A DNA stretch of 64,000 nucleotides from Auanema rhodensis (lineage: Eukaryota > Animalia > Nematoda): positions 17,856,001 to 17,920,000 of the forward strand of contig OZ059896.1 in NCBI GenBank assembly GCA_964057225.1, written 5' to 3'. The position numbers and the translations under genes were made by a program. Positions 52,601 to 64,000 of the stretch are shown one piece after another; positions within the stretch are counted from its first letter, which is position 1, and every line of letters begins with the position of its first letter. The notes below the pieces were generated by a model. It did not search any database, had not been told where the DNA came from, and was given only the letters and a program-made list of their open reading frames with translations.

Positions 52601-53471
52601 GAATTCTCTCCAATGTTAGTATAATATTTACTTTTTTAACCATTATGCTATTACTTGCAATTTAAATTTAAACTACTCCTTTTAACTAATATTAAAATGT
52701 TTCACTTTTACCTAATTCTACCCAGTATATTGTCAATCCAAATGACAGAAGTTGTTGAAGAATATTAGAATTTTTTACTTAGGTACCTTTTATGAATCAT
52801 TGATTTTATTAATTCTTGTAATATACGTTACCTTTCCCGATTTATTTTTATCAACGGTTCTTTCTATACTGAATTTTCACAAACCCATAAAATTTTTGTT
52901 AATTATATTTTCTGAAATGTTTCGCTGTATTATATACATGATTTGTACTCCATCCTATGATTTTGAGCCATTTGGTAGTTCGAGCGCAAATAGTTTTGTC
53001 CCTGGAAAACATTTTTTCTCCTTGATTGACAAAATTAATATCTTCTAATTGTATCAGAAACCTGATTAGAAACACGCATGAAAATTCAAGATATAATTTT
53101 TGTTCATTTTTCCTCTATTTTCATCATAATTCGTGTTTTCTAACCAATGTTCCATTTAATATTACCGTACGCTTGCGTGGCAAGAGAAAGTTAATATTCA
53201 AAGAGAGTTATCTTGATCTGATGACTTCAATAAGACTTTACACTCTAACGTTTACCCTTGTTTCTTGAGAAATACATATTTTGGGGGAAGCCGTGCACTG
53301 ATGATCTATAGTTTCGAGTGGGATGAAAGATCACCTTCTTTTCATTTCAAACATTTTTTCGATACACTCGTGGCTTATCACTACCTTTTCGTGTTTTCAT
53401 TTCTTTTTTTGTCTGTTGCTACCAACTTCATTCTTTTCTAATTGCAGTTCAAACCCAGGGTCCCCCTAACC

Positions 53472-56400
53472 ATGCATCGAGCTGGGATGCTGTGTCGTCT
53501 CGCTTCGCCAAGCCGAGCTGCTACTATTGCAGCTAGAAAGGCTTCTGGGACTTCATCGACTGTTTCTCCTTTAGTCCAAGTATGTTTTTATCATTTTATT
53601 TATTTGAATATTATGATTACTAGGTTCGTCGTCAATCTGCTGCTGCTGTCAAGCATGAGCCTTTTATGAACGGCTCTTCTTCTATCTATATCGAACAGGT
53701 ATATTAATAAATTGGTAATTTTCAATTAATTTTGTGTAAGATGTACGAGGCTTGGAGATCCAGCCCAACTTCTGTTCATGCTTCTTGGGATGCCTACTTC
53801 CGTAATGTCGAAGCCGGAGCTGGACCAGGACAAGCTTTTGCCCCAGTTCCAGTATTAGGAACCTCTTTTGCTCCCACTGGAGCTGCTTCTCAGTAGGAAA
53901 AGAGCAGAATACAAATGTATTATATCGATTGTTTCAGTACCGGAGTTGATCTTTCAGCTTCAGTTCAATCCATTAGTGAGCATCTTAAAATTCAACTCCT
54001 TATCAGAAGTTATCAGGTGTGGCCTAATTTTTTAAATGTTATATTTAATTATATATGTAGACTCGTGGTCACAATATTGCTGATCTTGATCCACTTGGCA
54101 TTAATAGTGCTGATCTTGATGATACTATTCCACCAGAGCTTGAGCTTTCTTTTTATGGTTTCGGAGAACGTGATCTTGACAGGTTTTTTTAAATAATTTT
54201 AATCCAAAACTAAACTCCTTTTTGTTCCTAGAGAGTTCATTCTCCCACCCACCACATTTATTGGAGGAAATGAGAAAGCTTTAACTCTTAGAGATATACT
54301 TAAGAGACTCAAGGTAACAAATATTTTTGATTCATTTTTATTTGCTTTTACATTTTTAGCAAATTTACTGCAAAACTACTGGAGTTGAGTACATGCACTT
54401 GAATAACTTAGAGCAACAAGATTGGATCCGTCAACGTTTTGAAGCTCCACGTGTTACAGAGCTCTCTCACGACCAGAAAAAGGTTTGCAGTATATCCATG
54501 TAGCTTAATAATCTATTGTTTGTCGTATAGGTTCTTTTCAAGCGCCTTATTCGTTCCACTAAGTTTGAAGAATTCTTGGCCAAGAAATGGCCCAGTGAGA
54601 AGCGTTTTGGATTAGAAGGATGTGAAGTTCTTATCCCCGCTATTAAGCAGGTTTGTATTTGTATTTTGATTTTGAGAAAATGAAATTTTAATAATATTTC
54701 TTTAGATCATTGATACGTCTTCTTCTCTGGGTGTTGATTCCGTTGTCATTGGTATGCCCCACAGAGGACGACTTAATGTTTTAGCTAACGTTTGCCGTCA
54801 ACCTTTATCTACTATTCTCTCTCAATTTTCTACTCTTGAACCTGCTGATGAAGGTATCATCATTACCTTATAGACATATAACAGTTTACCATTTAGGTTC
54901 TGGAGACGTTAAATATCACTTGGGAGTTTGCATTGAACGATTAAACAGACAATCTCAACGTAATGTAAAGATTGCCGTTGTTGCTAATCCATCTCACTTG
55001 GAAGCTGTTGATCCTGTTGTTCAAGGAAAAGTTCGCGCCGAGGCTTTCTATGCTGGAGACAAGAAGTGTGATCGCTCTATGGCCATTCTTCTTCACGGAG
55101 ATGCCGCTTTCTCCGGACAAGGAGTTGTCATGGAAACTTTCAATCTCGGAGATCTTCCAAGCTATACCACCCATGGAGCTGTTCACATCGTCTGTAATAA
55201 CCAGATTGGATTCACCACAGATCCTAGATCTAGCAGGTATATAAATTATTTTAAGATAGTCGTTATATAACTGTCTCTAGATCTTCTCCATATTGTACTG
55301 ATGTTGGACGTGTTGTTGGATGCCCAATCTTCCACGTCAATGTCGATGACCCAGAAGCTGTAATGCATGTTTGCAATGTTGCCTCAGATTGGAGAAAGAC
55401 CTTCAAGAAGGATGTTATCATTGATCTCGTCTGCTACAGAAGGTATAACCTAATCAGAAAATGTTTTCACTTCATGAAATTATTTAGACATGGGCATAAC
55501 GAGTTGGATGAACCTATGTTCACTCAACCACTTATGTACCAAAAGATCAAGCAAACTCCAACTGCTCTCGAGAAGTACCAAGAAAAGATCATCAGTGACG
55601 GAGTTGCTGACGAACAGTACGTTAAGGTAGTTTTATTTTTTTAATTTTAATTCTGTAATTAATTATTACAGGAAGAATTAAGCAAGTATGGATCTATCCT
55701 CGAGGAAGCCTACGATAATGCCCAGAAAGTTACCTTTGTTAGACATCGTGATTGGCTTGACTCCCCCTGGGATGATTTCTTCAAGAAGCGTGACCCATTG
55801 AAGTTGCCCTCTACTGGTATTGAACGCGAAGAGATTGAAGCCATTATCCAAAAGTTCAGGTAATTATTTGAAAAAAAATGTTTTGAAATGCTATTCGATT
55901 CAGCTCTGTTCCTGATGGATTTAACCTCCACCGTGGTCTTGAAAGAACATTGAAGGGTCGTCGTCAGATGCTTTCTGATAACTCTGTAAGTATTTTAATT
56001 ACATACTCTATATTCCATTCATTATAGGTTGACTGGTCTATTGGAGAAGCTCTTGCTTTTGGATCTCTTCTTAAAGAAGGAACTCATGTTCGTCTTTCCG
56101 GACAGGACGTTGAACGTGGAACCTTCTCTCACAGACACCATGTCCTTCACGATCAAAAAGTTGACCAAAAAGTCTACAATCCACTCAACGACTTAGCTCC
56201 AACCCAAGCAGAATATACTGTTTGCAACTCTTCTCTGTCTGAATATGCTGTTCTTGGATTTGAATTAGGATACTCCATGGTTGATCCTAACTCTCTGGTC
56301 ATATGGGAAGCTCAGTTTGGAGATTTCTCCAATACCGCCCAATGTATCATCGATCAATTTGTCTCTTCTGGTAGTGATTGTTTTACTCGCATATTATAAT

Positions 56401-57467
56401 ACTTATGTTTGTAGGACAATCTAAATGGATTAGACAGTCTGGACTTACTATGCTTTTACCCCACGGATACGAAGGAATGGGACCAGAACATTCTTCTGCT
56501 CGCCCAGAAAGATTCTTGCAGATGTGCAACGAAGACGATGAAATCGATCTCTCTGTAAGATATTAGTTTTATTTTTTAAATTTTGATTTTACAAATATTA
56601 GAAAACTGCTTTCGGAGGAACCTTCGAAGCTCAACAACTTCACGACACCAACTGGATTGTCGCTAACTGTACTACTCCCGCTAATATCTACCACTTGCTC
56701 AGACGTCAGGTTAGTTTCTACATTGCAGATGTCTTACTATGGCATATTTTAGGTCACCATGCCATTCCGCAAGCCAGCGGTGGTTATGTCTCCCAAGTCT
56801 ATTCTCCGCCATCCACTTGCTCGCTCTCCTATTGAGGACTTCCTTCCTGGAACTCACTTCCAGAGAGTCATCCCAGAAAGTGGATCCACCCTTGTCAACA
56901 ACCCTGACAATGTTCACAGACTTATCTTCTGTACTGGTGAGCTTATATTACAAATCCAAATTTTTGAAACTACAAATTTGTAGGAAAGGTCTATTATGAC
57001 TTAGTTGCTGCCCGTAAACATCTTGGTATCGCCGATACAGTTGCCCTCGCTCGTGTTGAACAACTTTCTCCATTCCCATATGATATAATTCAAGAAGAAT
57101 GCAGAAAATATCCAGGTGCCGAAATCGTCTGGGCTCAGGAGGTTAGATAAGAAATTATGTTTTCTTAGTTTTATTTATCGTAATTTCAGGAACATAAGAA
57201 CATGGGAGCTTGGACCTTTGTTCAGCCACGTTTCAATTCTCTTCTTTCTGGAGATAGCAGAGGTATTAAATACGCTGGACGTCTTCCATCTGCCTCTCCT
57301 GCCACTGGTAACAAATACACTCACCTTCAGGTTTGTTATTTTTCAGTTCTCAATTCTAAAATATCCTTCACATTGTTTTAAATTACTTTTATTTTTAGGA
57401 GCAAAAGGAGATGTTGAGCAAGACTTTCGGAGTTCCAAAGACCCAATTAGAAGGCTTCAAGGCTTAA
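53472..57467 (+). CDS. ogdh-1: 2-oxoglutarate dehydrogenase E1 component, mitochondrial; 21 exons
   Basis: [15 protein letters not shown] mitochondrial presequence; [16 protein letters not shown]; [12 protein letters not shown]; KRFGLEGCE; [11 protein letters not shown]; [10 protein letters not shown]; [12 protein letters not shown]; TPP-binding [10 protein letters not shown]...NNQIGFT; GHNELDEP; [16 protein letters not shown]; WEAQFGDF; [22 protein letters not shown]; WAQEEHKNMG; ends EGFKA*. Confidence 0.98.
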
Positions 57468-58694
57468 ATATTAGGTGTTAGAATTGACCCGTGGTCCCCC
57501 ACAATGATTTCAAAAACCATGCTAAATTTACAAAATTTTAATAATATGTTAATGAAAATTAAAAACATGAATACTTTTAAACATATTTCTGCAAAAAAAC
57601 TTAAATTAGTGCATTAATACAAACGATAAAGCTTTTTCTTTTTTATCCAAATTGTTGTGCTCTTGTTCAGAATGGATGTTGTGTCCTTTTAATCTGTTTG
57701 AGGTAGGCATATCTATTAACAAAGCCTTCCTAGAAGCAGAAGCTGTACATAGAGATACTTAAAATTTGAAGTGAAAGTTAGAAAGTGATAAGAGACGAGG
57801 GCAAAAGCTACAGTTTAGGTTTACCCATAGTTTTATTGCTTTTGATCGAATCGTAGTGGGTTGCCTTAATCAATTCTACTACCTAATAACTTAACTCTCA
57901 TCACGGTTTAGTGTTTCGTGTACACACTAACGTGTTTAGTGATTTTTTTGTACCCCTTGCTTGTTACTTGCTTTAGATTTTTCTAGTTTTTTTATATTAT
58001 TATTAAATATTTCCGGTACTAGGCGGTTTCTCGTTTTCTGCAATGTTTTGTTAAAGTGTAACCCAAGCTCCTATCTCTATGCTCGTTTTTATTCGATTTG
58101 ACTCATTTTCTTTGTAGTTTCGTAACTTTTCATTAATGTGATTATTGTAGAATAGATATAGGTTAGCTGAGATTGTCGCAAAAAACAATGTAGATTATCG
58201 GTTCTGTAGAGTATTCATAACCGAAGTATTTGTAGTTGTTGTGACTATCTGCTGTTTGGCAGGTTTTTTAGGTGAAGAGAAATCCCAGTCCTTAATAAAC
58301 ATTCAACATTTCTTTCATTTTTTCTTCTTACCAGTTGCAATCAAAAAAACTAAAAATTGTTTTTGTTCTGTTTGTTCCATGAGAGATGAAGAACAAAAAA
58401 TAAACAGTATAGCAATCATTGTAAAGAGTACAACTGATGCTGTAGGGCGTGTTACGAACTTGGTTACCACATAAAATTAGAAAAAGCATCTCAATGCTGG
58501 TTATATTGGACGATGACGCTTATACAGATAGGTGGCTAGCATCAGGTCTTATCAGCAAAAAGCACATTGAATCTTTCCACTGAAAAAAAGAAAGATTTTG
58601 CATGTTTTCTGTCGTTTTAATTTGTATTAGTTATTATTTGCATAATTATAAATAAATTGTTCATAACCATTTTGATGTAATTAAGAATCCAATC

Positions 58695-59988
58695 ATGGTA
58701 GTGCGTAAAGTTTGGTTGATCCCTGTTATGGCTGTTACAACATCCACCTTGGGAATGTTATCCGGGTGAGTTTTTTTATTTCATCCTTGTTCTTATTTAT
58801 TTTTGGAGATTTAAATGATTTTTTTGATCATTTAAGCTATTTGATTGGAAATTTAAATGGCCACATACAATCATGGATTCCATTTATAAGGTTTTAAACA
58901 ACGCTTTTTTCGTTTAAAATTTGAATTATTGATTATGTTATAGTGATGGTGGTGCTTATGCCCCAGAAAGCTGTATTTTTTCACAATTGTTGAATATTTC
59001 CGCATTTTTCTGTAGGATTTAGCTTAAATTCAAAATTTTAATATATACTCTTTCTAGTGATTCTAACATTTTATTTTCGTCATAGACAAACAGTAGAATA
59101 TTATGGTCATCGATTACATTGGGAAGGAAATTCGTGAGTACATATAATATTGAATAATCATACAATAATTTATATTTTAAAGCTGGAGAATCAGTTCTTT
59201 GATCATCATGTGGATAGGAATATTTAGTGCAATTGCTCTCACAGTTGTTGCCAACTTTCCGGAAACTGAAGCTCTAACTGTACATAACATAGCTGCGGCT
59301 GTAACATTTTTGACTCAAATCATTTATGGATGGGGACAAGTTATGATTGGGTGAGAGAAAACTATCCATATGTCTTATCTTCAAATTTAAATAATTTGTT
59401 TTAAGTTTTGTGATGATTCCTCGAATGGCTTCTATGTTTGTTAACTTCATCCGTTTAGCTTTGATCATAATTGCTACCACATTTCTTGTATTCCGTCAGC
59501 ACAACTTTTGAATAGTTCGGGAAAAAATTGTTTTTAATTTCAGATGAAGTAACTTTGAATTTACATCCATTCAGTGGGAATTCTACAGTTGGTTATGAAC
59601 CCGTGGCTGACAGAGGATATCATAAAACAGTCAGTTTTCTTGAAATTCTTTATTACAAGTTTAATCTTATAGCTTTCTCCTAATCATACCATAGCCACAA
59701 GTACAGAATGGCTTATGGTATTAGCTTTACAATTCTTTATTCTAACGTTTGTGGCTGAGTTACGATTTGCTTATGCTCATGTACCTCGAATAGTATTCTG
59801 TCGATCAGCATCAGTATTAGGATGCTCTGCTGGTATGTAATGATTAATAATTAATATTATGGAAAAATTATAATTTATTTGATATTTTAGTTCCACAACA
59901 TGTTAAAATTGTACATATTCCATCATCAAATGTTGGACAACATGAAGAAACGCATGAAACTACTGCTATAGATGATAACACACAATAG
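58695..59988 (+). CDS. DRAM / TMEM150 / Frag1-Sfk1 family multi-pass membrane protein, 9 exons
   Basis: In-frame spliced product MVVRKVWLIPVMAV...GHIQSWIPFISDGGAYAPESCIFSQLLNISAFF...RHRQ...VVANFPETEALTVHNIAA...YGWGQV...IATSTEW...FILTFVAELR...DDNTQ*. The PxISDxGxxxPESCIF, VANF...H and EW...TF motifs are characteristic of the family. Confidence 0.88.
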
Positions 59989-60098
59989 CCATATCCGAAG
60001 ATAGAAAATGTATTTGTGTATAATAGTTCAATTACGGGTCATTTGTTGTAATTGTGATGAAATTCTATACTTTCAGTTTTTAATTTCTTTTCATAACA

Positions 60099-60104
60099 AA
60101 TAAA
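60099..60104 (+). terminator. Putative poly(A) signal of the DRAM/TMEM150 gene
   Basis: AATAAA about 110 nt after the stop. Confidence 0.55.
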
Positions 60105-60328
60105 ACATTCAACTATTAACCGACTTTAAACATATTTCTATAGTTGTAGTACGAATTATTTTCTTGGCCACATTTCACCAGCTTGTAGTGCTCTACCACT
60201 TTGATTGTTTAATTTACTTCACATTTTCTATGAATTAGATTTATAATTCTGTAGATATGTTTGTCAATATTTCAATGTTTCAATGATTACAAATAAGAAA
60301 ATTATCTTCAAATTTACAATGAAATAAT

Positions 60329-62074
60329 TTATTTTTTTAATTGTTTTAATTCCTTAGCTTTTAGAGAAACAACCTATAATATGATTAAAAGGTTATAAAA
60401 CTATATTTGATTTTATCAAAGTTACCCGTTGGAAATTTTTCGATTTCAAGCATTGTTTACACATTGGTTTATCATCCATACATGCAACTGTATCTGTATA
60501 TTTCAAAGCTTTCCAGCATATCATACAACGGTAACATCCAAGACACCAACTTTTACCAAATATTTTAACGGATGGATCAACAATATTGCCTTGGCAGACA
60601 AAGCATAAATCTGCGAATAACTGAAAGCATGGTTCAAAATTATACGTAGATGATTTTAGTTCAACTTTAAGATAATCAGCTCTACAATATGCTTTTTTAT
60701 TTTTTTCAAAATATTCAGTTCCCATAAAAGGACGTCCACAATGATAGCAACGGAAATGCTGAAAATTAATGTTAAGTTATTTTTAAAAAATTAAAATTTA
60801 AGTCCCTTTTCTTTGATAAATGACTCCTTTTTTAAAAATAGAAATCAAGTTGATTATCTATCATCATTCCTTCTTTCTTTATTTCATCAAAAGTTTAACA
60901 ACTCATGATTTTAACTTCATTCTTCATAGAAAAATAGTTTTGTTATTGAATTTTGAGATAATATGAATTGCTTACATCAACATGGTAATGCTTATCCAAT
61001 GCCAAAATGCTTCGTTCGTTAGCATGATCAATAGGCCTTTTACAATCGGCACAAATGTCTGATTTTAAGTCATAACATCGAGGACAATAGAGCTCGTCAT
61101 CGAGTTCTCTTGCATCTTTGGTTAATGATTTTCTAGCAAACAAATATTTTTTATTTTCTATATCTTTAGACTTACTTGCATCTCTTGCAATTGAAATGAT
61201 ATGCATGATGAAAATCGAATTTACGTCTAAGTAAATCTTCTTCATCAACAATAGTTCGACCTAAATAACAAATATTGAGTATACGTCAAGTTTTATCAAG
61301 CTGCACTTTCAGAAAACAATTACTTACATGTTGAGCATTTATATCGTGGTGTCATTGGTGTTTCCTGTTTGCAATTTATACAAAGCATTCTTCAAAGATT
61401 AAATTAATTTTGTTTTAGAAATCGTCAGACTTACAAGCCATCCACATTCCACACACCAAGTTCCAAGTTATCATCACATTTCATGCAATGAAAGCAATGT
61501 GAATGAAAAGGAGAATTGAAAACAATTTTCACAGCTCCTTCGATTATTTTTTCTAAAATTTTTTGATTTAAAAGTAAAATAAATGTAAAACATTCAAACC
61601 ACATTTTCCACAGACTGGGGCATATAAGGTAAAAAAGTCATGTTTACAATAGAAGCGACCATCAACATTATAAAATTTGTTTTCTTCTAAGATTTCGAAG
61701 CATTGAGCACATCTGTAAATTATATAGTTATAGATATCAAACTAAAAAAATATAAAAAATGAAGTATAAATTATAGTTTTATCCACAATCCATACCGGAA
61801 ACAATGTGAATGAAAGTTTTGACCATCAACGTATACTCTTACTTCAGAATTTTCAAACGGTTTATCACATAAAGAGCATACAGCATATATCCAACTGAAA
61901 TAAGCAAATTCGAGGAAATTGAGGATAGCTTCACAGGAATGCATTACCATCCCCCTATTGAACCCGTAAAACATTGTTGCATTTGTTTTTATCATCTTAC
62001 CTGAACCTGGTGTTTGCACTCATGGTTCCAGACATTTGTCTGAACTCAGAAGAAAGCTGCTCTACCGATGCCAT
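60329..62074 (-). CDS. PINCH-family five-LIM adaptor, divergent (pin-2-like rather than unc-97-like)
   Basis: About 10 exons encode five tandem LIM domains: LIM1 CSLC...FHSHCFRCAQCF...GRFYCKHDFFTLYAPVC; LIM3 HAYHFNC...LTKDARELDDELYCPRCYD; LIM4 ICADCKRPI...HYHVDHFRC...AYCRADY; LIM5 with PINCH-typical WCLGC (Cys for His)...KPMCKQC. The protein ends KELKQLKK*. The start could be ATG 62074 or the in-frame downstream ATG near 62035. Confidence 0.88.
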
Positions 62075-62914
62075 TCAAGAATGCGAGATAATGAATTGAC
62101 AAAAAATTTGAAGATAATTAGGGAGAAGGAAGGTTTAGAACGTGTCAAGAGAACCTTTTTAATCGATAAGACACATCACAGTTGAATTATTATCAATAGC
62201 TCATGTTGTGGACGGACATGCATAGTTATACATATAACTCTACAAGATTCATATAACCTCCTTCCAATGAACCACAGATAAGCAATTATGCAACCCAGTT
62301 ACAAATCATGCATGACGCACACTGTTAATGAAGCTTTAAAAACAACGTTTTACCATACTTCACAGTTTATCATACATATGCTCAAAAGTTATTTATGAAA
62401 CCAATACTAATGAATAAAGAGCTTAGATTTTAAAAACAATATTTTTGGAACAGAGTATTTTTATCAAATGTTTATTATTATTACGTCAAATTAAGACACG
62501 ATTAAAGTAGAATTGGTCTTGAAAACATTACTATTCTGAAACAGGGAACATGAAATGATCATTTCGCAAACACATATGATGTTTGTATCTATTAAGCCCT
62601 CAATTCGAAAGCAATCCAAAACCAAATGTGAGTAGAGAATAATGCATTATGAGGATCAATAAGGGTATTTACAACCGAAAAAAGGTGATAAATAAGAAAG
62701 AGCTTCAGCTCTAAGAGAATTCGGTAATTTAACTGAGGTAGGAAAATAACAATACATGGAGAAAAGCAGCTATGTTAAAAAAAGAAATTAATAGAATATG
62801 CAACTGAAGAATGAACAAGTGCCATAAAATGAATGATAACCATATGGATGACTAATAGTATACCGGAGAAAAAAAAACTTTCAAAACATGCAATAATGTA
62901 CAGGATATACATAT

Positions 62915-64000
62915 TTACCAGCGGGATTTTCGTGTCGTTGCCCGATTTAATTGCACATTTGTCGAACTTTGTTCTAAAAGGATCAATGGATAAGAAATAT
63001 TATTTTCAAACAATCGTTACCTCGCCGACTGACTGGTGGAGGGCAAACTGGTAACTGGGTAATTGGTGGAACTTCGTTATCTTGTTTCTTAGGTGAAAAA
63101 CCTATAAAAATAAGTTTAAAAAATTAAGGTTTTGATATATTACAACCTAACCCAAACTCTACAGCCAACCGATCTGCGATAGAGGGCCTTGGTGGTGGCT
63201 TTGGCTGTTCCTCTTCAGCCGCTTTACTCGGCCTCTGTAGTAATCTCAACTTAGACGAAGGCTGTGGTAGCGTCGCTTCTTCTGTTGGTGTAGCAATTTC
63301 TCCATAGATATCCTTTTTTAAAGCATCCACCGATTTTGCAGGTTCAGGAAGCGTGATTGGCATCAAGGTCGTCTGATTCTATATAACCACTTTTAGAGGA
63401 GGGGGAGGAAAGAAAATTCATACAGCTAAATTATCCATAGACGGAATAAAACCCCTCTGCTCTGTGCGAGGAGAATGACCAAGTTCTCCCGATGTAACAC
63501 GAGGTCTCAGTTTTCTATAATCTTCAAGACTAAGCCGTTTAGACTGAAAAAAAAAGAAGAAGCATAAATTCAAAAGTTTATTCAATGAAGTACCGTCTTT
63601 TGAGGTAGTTCTTCTACTTTACTCTTTGAGTCATCTTCTTCCAGTTTAAAATCTGTAAGCTCTTCTGTTACTGAGCCATCTTTGTGTGAAGTAGTAGGAA
63701 CACCTATAAATCAAAACAAGAATAAACAAAAAAAAATAGTATCAAGAGCACTTACCATCAGTGGAATTTGGTAACTCAAAAGGCGTTTCTCCCAGCTTTT
63801 TAAGCACTACCGTCGCAGAGCTCTGGAGTTGAGCTCTTAGCTCAGGGGAGTTCGTAGAATCTTGTGTTTCTGACTTTGCTTCCTCAGAGCAACTGAATCG
63901 TGTTGTTCTACGTCTTTTCTGTGGAGAATTCTGAACAGAAAACGACATTAACTCAAAAAGAAAAACATTTCATACCGAAGTTGTTGGGGTAACAGGTAAA
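62915..64000 (-). CDS. 3' portion of a low-complexity Ser/Pro-rich nuclear protein; possibly SET-26/SET-9 (SETD5/KMT2E-like) C-terminus; partial
   Basis: Seven in-phase GT-AG exons give ...PVTPTTS|NSPQKRRRTTRF...|...SKRLSLEDYRKLRP...FIPSMDNLA|...PPPRPSIADRLAVEFGL|GFSP...CPPPVSRR|EQSS...TTRKSRW*. It has an NLS-like KRRR and a KxLSLxxYR motif recalled from SETD5/KMT2E-type proteins. The coding call is solid; the family call is weak. Confidence 0.6.

Noticed and set aside
53210-53340. CTGATGA...GAAA resembling a hammerhead ribozyme core (or C-box) upstream of ogdh-1
   Set aside because: Stem II lacks the G-C closing pair, I could not build stems I/III with an NUH cleavage site, and CTGATGA occurs many times in the window.
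52000-53471. Search for a TPP riboswitch or IRE near the TPP-dependent ogdh-1
   Set aside because: No GCUGAGA...CCUGAU...GCGUAGGGA core and no CAGUGN hairpin were found.
1-64000. CRISPR arrays, rRNA, SL/snRNA genes, intact transposases or retroelements
   Set aside because: No repeat-spacer structure, no SL1 sequence or convincing Sm-site RNA, and no long transposase or reverse-transcriptase ORF were seen.

Overview
AT-rich, intron-dense eukaryotic DNA from a rhabditid (clade V-type) nematode. Evidence: TTTCAG/TTTTAG acceptors, mostly 40-50 nt introns, trans-splice-like acceptors just before start codons, and an OGDH N-terminus that closely resembles C. elegans OGDH-1 as I recall it. Nine spliced genes were reconstructed by hand: a globin (-, runs off the left edge); a ~27 kb FRMD4A/B-like FERM + CUPID gene (+); a serpentine chemoreceptor (-); a secreted ET-module/three-finger protein with an acidic repeat tail (-); a Lipase_2 (lips-family) lipase (-); 2-oxoglutarate dehydrogenase E1 (+); a DRAM/TMEM150/Frag1 membrane protein (+); a divergent 5-LIM PINCH paralogue (-); and the 3' part of a low-complexity nuclear protein, possibly SET-26/SETD5-like (-). 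Most short ORFs in the supplied track are microsatellite or intron artefacts. I found no tRNA, rRNA, CRISPR array or intact transposase. The most interesting candidate is the FRMD4 locus. An 18.6 kb intron falls exactly between the FERM and CUPID modules and contains an in-frame alternative last exon, an in-frame alternative first exon and three perfect CRE sites. This suggests one gene making FERM-only, CUPID-only and full-length proteins. It is an inference that needs transcript data. Exon coordinates are manual and may be off by a few bases.
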